From assembly GCA_046563655.1 (NCBI GenBank), contig CM102285.1, positions 11,284,001 through 11,348,000 on the forward strand: 64,000 bases of DNA, given 5' to 3'. A model generated the notes under the pieces. That model ran no database searches and was not told where the DNA came from. It saw only the letters and a list, made by a program, of their open reading frames with translations. The first letter of the stretch is position 1; every line of letters begins with the position of its first letter. Below are positions 55,301 to 64,000 of this stretch, piece after piece. A program made the translations under genes and the position numbers. This DNA comes from Yuukianura sp. NJ FZ-2021. Its lineage: Eukaryota.

Positions 55301-58300
55301 TTTCACTAAATTTCGAATTCTGACTTTTCTTGAGAATTTTTATTTTTAAACGGGATCAATATCTGGCAAAACTTGTGATATAAACAATTTTTCGAACAAT
55401 TCAACTTGTGAAAACTTTGTTAGTGAAAGTTAACCCCTCGTACTGTTGTTGTTGTTGTTGAGTATGCAGCTCATAAAGTTTAGATTTTCTTGCTTCGCTA
55501 AGTTGATATCGCTAGGTTACTTACAACGAACAGTTTCAAGTGAAAGCGAGATCTAGAGGCTAAAACAGTAACTTTCACTCTCTTTTTTTCTGGTTTACAG
55601 ACGAGGAGAACTGGAATGAAACTGAAGAGGGCGGTAAGAACGCCGAAGTCAAAGAGGAAGGAGAAAAGGACGCCGTGGATGGCTCTGCTTCACCACAACC
55701 TTCATCTTCAATCCTGAAGAATTCAGAAGATCGAGGAGAAGAGACAGATACGAATCCAGAAGAATCTGGAGATGAAGTTTCGTCTGGAAAAGGTGTAAAA
55801 CACACCAGGGGGTCAGAAGATGACAGGGATCTAGTCACTTTCGGAAATTCATTGGAAAAAGTTACAGCAAAGGAAGAGCCTGATGTCAAAATAAAATCCA
55901 CTTCGTCAAATTCTGGAAATGGCAGATCTGGTAAAGGAAAGCAAAAGCCTTCCACCACCTCCACCAAGACCCCTGATGAGGACCGAGGTCACATGTCACC
56001 CTTGTCATCATCAGCATCGGCTCACATGGGAAGTCGAAGAGACAGCCCAGGACCATCAGATTGTTCTAATGGCCCTCCAGATCAGCACTACTCTCATGAA
56101 CAATTAATTCAAGCAGGACTCCCCTACCTTCATTTACTACCACCATCAATCAGAAATGGTAATTTCCTGATACTTAATTACTCCTGATTATAATTTAATA
56201 ATTATTCCTCACAATCTAACTTGTCTTGTCATTACTGTCAGATGCTGCTCGATTTTTCTTCATGCCGCCGAACGTATCTCCAGAATTAACTGCTGCAGCA
56301 GTAGCGGCTCTGTCATCTGGGCCTTCTGCTGAAGCGTCACATTTTCAGCATAAAGGAAAGAAATTGCCACCAGAATCACCAGGACCCAGAGTTGGTAAGC
56401 TAAAAATGATAAACCAAAAATATGTTTCTGGGATTTGAATTTAAAATTTATACGCCGAGTTTCAAAAAATACTTATCGTTCATATTTCTCTTTGTTTTAA
56501 AATTGAGACAGAGAATTTTAATGAAGATTTTCTCTGCAGTCCAAAAATGGATGAAAAAATATTTGTTCAGGGGAACTTACATTTAATGAAGACGGGTAAA
56601 GAGGATGATCATAAAGTGAAAGTATGATTTCGCTTTGTGAAGTTTTTTTAAGATATCAAACTTCAAAGATAGTGCAAGAGGTTCTTGACTCTTTTTGCAC
56701 CAACTTTCTAGAGACTACTGTTCAAATAGTATGATGAAGATTACTAAAAATGCAATTTTATTAATTTGACAGGGCCTGTTTACATGTGTGAACCATGTAA
56801 TATAAAATTTAGCTCCTCCCGGACTCTGGAAGCTCATCAAACTTACTACTGCTCCTCGAGGAAAGAAATGGGTGAGTTAGTAGAGATATTTTAATAAAAC
56901 ATTCTTTCCATTTTCCCATCTCTCTATCATGTTCGGGTGGCTGGAAGAATTTTCACGTTCTCTGGAGAACTGTTGAAAAGGCAAATTGAGAGATCAAGGC
57001 AGAAGAGGCCAAAAAGTCTGCTCCTTTGTTTCTGTTACATTTTATATGACGAAAGTAAAAGTCTCTGTTAAGTTTTTGTTATCCAAGAAAATAAGCGTGA
57101 AAAGAATTTGTCTTGAAAAGCCCCCTAAAACTTTTATTCTACGGCATAGCAAACGCGAGGCGAAAATTGTGTTCAAAATTTTCTGTGAGAAACTTTTCTA
57201 AATGTTTTTCAAACTTTGCTTTTTCACGCAAATTTGAAACGGAAGTCGTGAATTTTAATTTTTGCAATTTTTGCAAGAAATCAATAAAATCTCAGTGGGG
57301 GAATTTTTTGAATTAACATCGCTTGGAAGACTTATGAATGTTAGGTAATAGCCTAAATTGCAAGCGGAAGATGCTACTAAATTAACTAATTGATGTTTTC
57401 CTTTTTACTTTAGCAGAAAAGGAAGTTGTAGAACCCAAAGGAGAAAATGGAGATGAAGATTTACGGAACGAGAGTCGAGATACTCCTTCTGTAGGATCTG
57501 CTAACGGGAGAAAGCGGGAAAGAGACAGTTCTGGCGAAGAGCACGAATTGTACATTGATGAAAACGCTTCTGGAAAGACGGCCGAAGGAGTTTGCACTTC
57601 CGGCGGAAATGCTGGCAGTACAACTTTGCCTACCCCACCGAAGAATGTTAAGACTGGGAAGTTGTACTCTTGTAGCTACTGCAGTTACAGCGCCGACAAG
57701 AAGGTCAGCCTTAATCGCCACATGAGGATGCATTCTGGAGGTCAACCGACCGGAACCAACGGAAATGGGAATTTAAATGGAGAATTAGGCGTGACCTCTT
57801 CAAACAACGCTCCCGGGTCGGCAGTTCCAGGACGAAGTACAGCAGAAGGCATTACGGCTGCAGATCGATACTGTTTCGACTGTGAAATTCAATTTACATC
57901 GCTCAAAACTTACAAAGTTCACAAGCAGTACTACTGTAGTACTCGGCATGTCATGAAAGCAGCACAACTGGGAAATGTAAAAGTCGGTGGGACTGACATG
58001 TCAGTCAAGTCAACTGGTGCACCGTCTCCACATCGTTCATTAACTCCTGGACTAAAAGTATCTTGTGCAGGATCCCCAGTCACTCCAGAAGGAAGTCCCG
58101 TTCCTATTGGATCTCCGATCCCACCGCCGCCATTTGTCGTTCTCCCTACGAATCCTGTAATCATCGTTCCATATTGCTTCATCCAAGGCGCTAGCGTCGT
58201 TCCACCAAATTTACTACCAAGTACGAATGCCCTAATCATTTTGCCGAATGGAGCTGTTCAGAGTCTGCCAGGAACTACGATGCCAATTTCCATGTCGTTC

Positions 58301-60607
58301 CCATCGCCAAGCGGCCCGTTAGGCGGAGCGCCTATGAACTTGGGCCAATATGGACTGGCTGATATGTCTCCCGGAAGTACTACAAATCCAACTAATCTCT
58401 CCCCTCCTGGTCAGCATTCCATTTTTAATGATCCAAAGGATGTCATCAGACGGATCTGCGGAGGTACAAAGAATTCATCGCCCTCTGGGGATACAGTCAT
58501 TTTAGAAACAGGCCCCCATAGAAGTCAAAGGAGTAGCATCAGTGAAAAAGACGGAAGCGACTCTGTAGTGGAAATGGAGGGGTGTGAACGCAGTGGTGAG
58601 GAAAGCATTCCAGCCATTGATCTCACTCTTAGAAATTTCATCAAAAAAGAAGTCGAAGAGGAGGATGAAAAGGAGAATCAAGATGCAGGGCACCGTCGCT
58701 TACATGGAACCCAAAGTCATTTATTTCCACAAGGATCATGTACTGGCGGAAGTCGACAGCGAAATGAACCTGGAGTAATTGCTAGTCAGAGTGACGAATT
58801 GAGACATGAAAGCACCGCTGGAAACAGCCCGTCACGCCAGTCTCATTGTAGTTCTGCCAGTACACACAGTGGACGCCGCACTCCGCGCCCACCTTCAATC
58901 AGTAGCTCTTGTTCCAGCTCTCCAGCTCCTATTTACAATTCGGAACATAAACACAATGGACTCAAATCAAGTCGGCCCCCTGGAATTAATTCACACTCTT
59001 ATCCGACACCTTTGCCATTACATTCAGAAGGTTACCCTAACGGATCAAGGCAAATGATGAAAAAAGGTGATCATGGAATTCTCGTAAATAAATTACGAGG
59101 TGGAACAGAGAAAATGAGTCCCATTACCACTCAGCTCCCTGGAGGTGCAATTCTCACTACGTCAAGTAATCAAAGCCTCGCGGAGTTATTGATGTCTAAC
59201 CCACCAGAACTTACGGAGAGTTTGGCCAAGTTGAATTCTCATCTCATAATGAATCCTGGACCGCCTGGACTACCTCCACAATTTGATCCAGCCACGATGA
59301 TGGCGGCAGCGTCTTCTCTTCCAGCAGATTTAGCAATGACTTACTTGGCCAACATTCAGCATTCCTTTCAACAACAACAACAGCATCACCATCAACTCCA
59401 ACAGGCCGCTAAGCACCAGCAGCAACAGCATCAAGCGACAATGAAACGAGGGGTTTGGAAATGCGTTGACTGTGAAATTGTTTTCTACAAACAAGAGAAT
59501 TTTTTAGTCCATAAAGAGCAGTACTGCGCTTTCTCTAGGTCAACTGGGAATGGCAATGAAGGGAAAGCGAACACCAGCGGCACAAAAGAAAATAACAGTC
59601 AACAGCAGAGCCAGCGAGGATTCAAATCCAAGGAAAGTCAAATATCAAAGTCAGAAGTCATTGTTTCCCGCAGCTCTTCGTCTCAAGGAGAAAGGAGTTC
59701 TCCGCCCCTGGTTTCAAGAAGATCCAATGCTCAACTTCATTCTTCGTCGTCTACAGAAATGAATCCCAGCTCTAGCTCATGTCCTACGAAATCTCCAGCG
59801 CCCGATACAAAGGCTCAAGTTGAAGAGAGTCAATTTAGAATTAAGGCAGAGTCACCCGCCTCGTCTCTCGCATCTCCAGTTCCACATGGAAGTCCAGCGT
59901 CACGGACTGCCACTCCTAACCATATCAAGGTCGAAATGCCAACTTCCACTCAGAGTCCACCGACTCAATACTTATGCCAAAAATGTGGAGTCAAATATAG
60001 CACTTTGGACAATCTGACTACACACCAGACGTTCTACTGTAACAAACGACCTACGGCTCCAGACCAAGCCAGCGGACCTTCCCCGCCGATTGCTCTCCCA
60101 CCAAGGAAATCTAGCCCACCGAATTCCAGCGTTTTGGAAAAATCATTATGTTCTATCGACGGAAGTGGATTCACGAGGTGTGGAAGATGTAATTTGGCTA
60201 TACCTGATGAGCAAATGGCTTTGCATCAACCAGTATGCCATGGACAAACAAATGGGAGTCAACATCTTCCAGGAAGTGGGCCCTCGGCTTCGTCGAGTAG
60301 TTCTGGCTGGAAGTGTCCTTGCTGTGATACCTACAGTCCCACAATGTCAGCCGCTCAGAAGCATCTGGAGACACATACAGGGATCAGAGCCTTCAAGTGC
60401 GTCATCTGTGGATACCGTGGAAATACGCTTAGAGGAATGAGGACGCACATCAGAATGCATTTTGACAAAAGGTTTTCGGATCTCCAGGAAGGAGACTATA
60501 TCTCCTGCATCACGGCCACGGATCTGGAGCCTGTCGGACAACCGCAGTCGCCGCACTCATCAATCACGACTCCTGGAACTGTCAACGGAGCTTTAAATGT
60601 GACTTGA
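16268..60607 (+). CDS. ush: u-shaped / Friend of GATA (FOG, ZFPM family), NuRD-motif isoform, 1347 aa; coding exons 16268-16307, 55601-56158, 56242-56394, 56773-56871, 57414-60607
   Basis: N-terminus MSRRKQSNPKPLK is the FOG/SALL/BCL11 NuRD-binding motif. All introns are GT-AG and phase 1, giving a 4044-nt CDS. FOG-type CCHC fingers (CEPCNIKFSSSRTLEAHQTYYC, CFDCEIQFTSLKTYKVHKQYYC, CVDCEIVFYKQENFLVHKEQYC, CQKCGVKYSTLDNLTTHQTFYC), C2H2 fingers (CSYCSYSADKKVSLNRHMRMH, CPCCDTYSPTMSAAQKHLETH, CVICGYRGNTLRGMRTHIRMH) and a CtBP-type AIDLT motif. Confidence 0.9.
16942..17460. promoter_or_regulatory. GATA-site cluster just 3' of the NuRD-motif exon (candidate enhancer)
   Basis: TTATCW at about 16943, 16991, 17019, 17192, 17209 and 17453, all in the same orientation, plus CGATAA at 17251. 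Confidence 0.4.
47945..48313. promoter_or_regulatory. GATA-site cluster (candidate enhancer)
   Basis: WGATAR at 48069, 48080, 48110, 48142, 48259 and 48308 (+), TTATCA at 47945, CGATAR at 48044 and 48166. Confidence 0.45.
53201..53230. repeat. 3 x 10-bp tandem repeat
   Basis: caaaatgact tgaaatgact caaaatgact; contains TGACTCA at 53216-53222. Confidence 0.7.
55601..56158 (+). CDS. ush: ush internal coding exon (acidic, Ser-rich)
   Basis: Acceptor ctctctttttttctggtttacag, donor G|GTAATT, in frame with ORF 55675..56187. Confidence 0.88.
56242..56394 (+). CDS. ush: ush internal coding exon
   Basis: Acceptor ttactgtcag, donor G|GTAAGC, 153 nt, in frame with ORF 56226..56438. Confidence 0.85.
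56773..56871 (+). CDS. ush: ush exon encoding the first CCHC FOG finger
   Basis: Acceptor tttgacag, donor G|GTGAGT, 99 nt, translating to GPVYMCEPCNIKFSSSRTLEAHQTYYCSSRKEM. Too short for the ORF track. Confidence 0.92.
57414..60607 (+). CDS. ush: ush large terminal coding exon (7 finger-like motifs, AIDLT motif, poly-Gln)
   Basis: Tandem acceptor tttactttag|cag| (start at 57414 or 57417), in frame with the 1019-aa ORF 57548..60607, stop TGA. Confidence 0.93.
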
Positions 60608-63600
60608 ATTTCATTTTTTTGTAAACCTCTTTTTGTAAATTTTTAACTCATGTAGCTTTTCTAATTTATTTCAGAAACGAAGAAATCGAGTTACCCTAGT
60701 GGGGTGAACCTGCTCTCAACTACTTTAAAAAGTCGTTTTCGTGGAGAAGTGGTTTTACCAGACCTCATTCCGAGTTATAAACTTTCAAAGAATGTTCTCT
60801 GCCGGACCTTTTACGAGAACATAAGTCTATAAGTATACATTACGATGGAAGTGCCAAAACGACTTTCTCCAGACCGACTCTACTCACCTCCACGTCTCCC
60901 ACCAGAATCAAATTCAAGTCTCGTTTTACCCAACTTTGAAAGTCATAATTCGAACCAAATTGCAAAGTCGAATTGCCATTAGACCAGACCTTTCCCCACC
61001 GACGGAACGCGATACTTCTCTCTGTCCCTGGTATTTGACTGCCGTAAAATGGTCAGGAGCGTAAGTTACATTCGTTTGTTTTCAAACTCTGCCGAGTGCT
61101 TCGCTAAAAACTTTCGCTTCGCATCGAGTGTCATCCTCTTCTGCCAAAGGAGACCAGCTCATAATATTTCTGTAGAAAGTCAATTGTCATCAAGTGACAA
61201 AGGATGAAAAGTTTGGGTAACATAAGTTTTGTCTTTTGTTCATAGGAAACAAAAGTTTGCTTGTTCAGAGTGCAATAGAATAATGACCAAAAATTCTCTT
61301 GTTTCTTCTCTATTTATAACTCTTTTTTGTTTCTTCTCAGGAGAAAGTTATTTTTGTGTAATAAGCAGTTAAGTTTTATTGTTTAATGCTCTTCCATGTG
61401 TCTCCCGTTTTCTGTAAGGCACATTATATACGTAGTTAGATTAATATAGAGTAAGTTTTTAGATCTAAAGTGCTGAAAAAGGCGTGCAAAATATCATCAC
61501 TTGACTTTAGCCCCGTAGTTGAATCTGTTTAGAAGCTTTATTGCAAATTGCAACCGAAGTTTTGTGAATTTAGGTCAAGTTTTAAATTATTGCCATAAAA
61601 GCAGTCAAAGCCGCTTTTCTCCCTTGGGCGGGTAGCGAGATTCCAGTTTTTGCGGAATCAGTTGTCTCCCCTCTTTTGAAATGTGAAATTTGAAAATTTT
61701 ATCTTGTTCTTTTAAACTGAATATTCATATCTTACTTCTGCTTCGGCAAACTTACTGTTAATGTACAAAGGTTTAATTAATTAAGTTTAACTAAAAAGTG
61801 TTATTCTAAAGTGATACAAATCTAACTGTGAAATATGACACAGAGCTAACTAGCTGGCAATTTCTTTTAAAAAGAAAACTAATCATTTTAGCAATTTTAA
61901 AACTAAAAGTGTTTTGTATACCTAACCAGGAACTATAAGAACCGTGATAGTCACTTTCCCGTGTGCATTAACCTGTAGTGATTTAAATAGACCGTATAAG
62001 TTCTTGTTCTGAACAACTTTTTAGAAAATAGAAATTATTGTGTTTTTTATATTCCCTTTGAGAATGTTGGCTATCGAAATCCCACGTTGATATGTACAAC
62101 GACAGAAGCGGATCTGTTGGCGCCGGAGTTATTTTTGAGCTTGGTTAAGCGACAACAAAAGTTTTACTTTTTAGGAATTACTTTCTCTGCTCTTTTTTCC
62201 GCCGAATCTCTTACTGACAAAATATGGATTTTAGGGAGAAAACTTGTGAAATAAGTCACTCTCACAGACTCAATTACATTTTTACCGTACTGACTCATTT
62301 TACGTAGAAAACGGAGTTCTTAACTTTCATTTTTCTCATTTTCAATCACTTTTCTTCTAGAAAAGTGGGAAACTTTCTATTGTAAATGTGTACCGGTCAC
62401 GCGAACCCTATCCCACTGAACTGTTTTTCACCCTGTTTCCAAACAACCGTTTTTTGGTTTTGATTCTTTTTGACAAATTTTTTCCATCAAAACTTTTTCT
62501 TTTATATTTGGGCCAATTTGTTTCTTCGTCAAAGTGAAAGAGTATTCTCAACCCTATGTCAGTCTCCGGCTATGTGTATCACTTTTTTACTTTTACTTTC
62601 TCCAACTCCATAGCAATCGGTTTCTTTTGTGAGGGAATTGTAAAAGTTCTGAAAAAGAAGCCTTTATAGAAACTCTGGACGGATCCTTATTATTGGTATT
62701 TTTTTGTTTGAGTTCAACCGTAATGCAACACTCATCTGTACTTAAAAGTAGTTGCTAAGCATAAAGCTCCAGTTACGTGACTATTTTTCCGGAAATTGTT
62801 CTTTTGAATTGATATAAATCATACAATTAAGCGGAAAACTTTTCCTTTTTTAATATTATTTTATTATAGTTATACTAACGAGCAAAAGCGGCTTTTCTTT
62901 CCCCTAAAACTTTTCTACGCGAAACGCACGCTGTTCCAAACGCACGGCGGAGCCTTTTACTTCTTTTTCGTTTGATCCGTTCGATTTCTGACTCACTCAA
63001 AAGATTGTTCAATTTCAAATTGAGAAAGTAAAGAGTAAAGAAAATCGGGTTCTTTCATGATACTCAATTTTCTGGATTTTTTTTTCTCTTCTGTGCTTTC
63101 TTCGCACTACCACTCTGGAATGGTTTGGAGAAAGTTGAAAGTTTCTTTCTCAATTCCCAATTTGTGTTCTGTGATACAAGAATCATTTGTAGTAATGATA
63201 TCATCATACAGTTACCAACAGAATCTTCACTCAAACTCAATTTCTCTTTTGAATATTATAGTAACTTACGCAGAAATCCTATTACGTACGGCTTTCTTTA
63301 AAGTTCCGCATCACTAACTTTTCTACACTCACCCTGTTAAACCTGTCTTTTTAGATTTGCGGTGCTCACAAGTCTCCGGCGTATGGCCAATGTTCCGTTA
63401 CTTATTTAAGCTAAGACGATAGATTGAACAGAATTGGAGTGTGTTGACAATTACTGAAACGCGAATACTAAAAGTTGGGATGTTGAGTTACGTTTTAAGG
63501 TTATTGGCTACACAAAGTTAAGCAAAAGCTTTTGAATTTAAGTTCACACGCTAATGCGTAAACTGTGCTTAATTTATTCAAGACTAAACTTAACTTACCT

Positions 63601-64000
63601 AGTTTCTTACGAGTCTTAACTAAGATCCCATATAAATCGAGTTGATGTTTTAAGAGGTTAGTCGCTACTTGATGTGAGTTGGTGTGGCCCATTAACTAAA
63701 ATGTGCCAGAACTTGAAAGTTTACCAAATAAAGACTATTTCATGTTACGAGTTGTTAACTAGGGGGCTGTTAATTCATTTATGAGGGAGAGAAAGCGGAA
63801 TAATGTCATCTTCTGCGACAGAGTTGAACACAGTTACTCCACTCCCATGTTATTGTCATTTCCGTAGGAGTCATGGTCTGGAGATGGGTGAAATTAATCC
63901 TTGGCACTTTGTGGGGACTTTTATTGGGTGAAAGCCATTTGTGAAGTGTGTTAGGTGAGTATCATGGGGAAAGTGCTAAATGGGTAGGCCTAATGTGGAA

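Larger units (their letters stand above)
16308..55600 (+). other. Giant ush intron (39,293 nt), probable cis-regulatory landscape
   Basis: Runs from GTAAGT to TTTACAG. No recognisable protein ORF on either strand. Many WGATAR sites, and visibly G/T-rich on the sense strand. Confidence 0.8.

Noticed and set aside
17000..55500. Numerous 60-165 aa ORFs within the ush intron as nested genes
   Set aside because: F/K/L/S-biased translations typical of non-coding AT-rich DNA, no recognisable domains and no consistent exon chains.
55575..60556. Antisense and alternative-frame ORFs overlapping ush exons (likewise those overlapping Maf)
   Set aside because: Shadow ORFs of the real coding frames.

Overview
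This is AT-rich eukaryotic DNA with short GT-AG introns, most likely from a compact-genome arthropod (inferred from the u-shaped and traffic jam orthologues). Three protein-coding genes are well supported. (1) A large-Maf bZIP gene (traffic jam type) lies on the minus strand at 2901-4439. (2) A 4-coding-exon RNase H1-family gene lies on the minus strand at 12367-13233; it keeps all catalytic residues, has a mitochondrial-presequence-like N-terminus and shows no hybrid-binding domain. (3) A divergently oriented Friend-of-GATA/u-shaped zinc-finger gene lies on the plus strand at about 15024-60607, with a ~39-40 kb intron. The ORF track misses a 13-codon segment at 16268-16307 that encodes the NuRD-binding motif MSRRKQSNP. 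It sits in what looks like a cassette exon, whose inclusion would turn the upstream start ORF into a uORF, giving a splice switch between NuRD+ and NuRD- isoforms. Other observations are tight Maf-FOG linkage, a compact kB/GATA/CRE module, GATA-site clusters in the ush intron, candidate recursive splice sites and a spliced upstream ORF ahead of RNase H1. I found no rRNA, tRNA, CRISPR array or intact transposon. All splice models are read by eye and lack transcript support.
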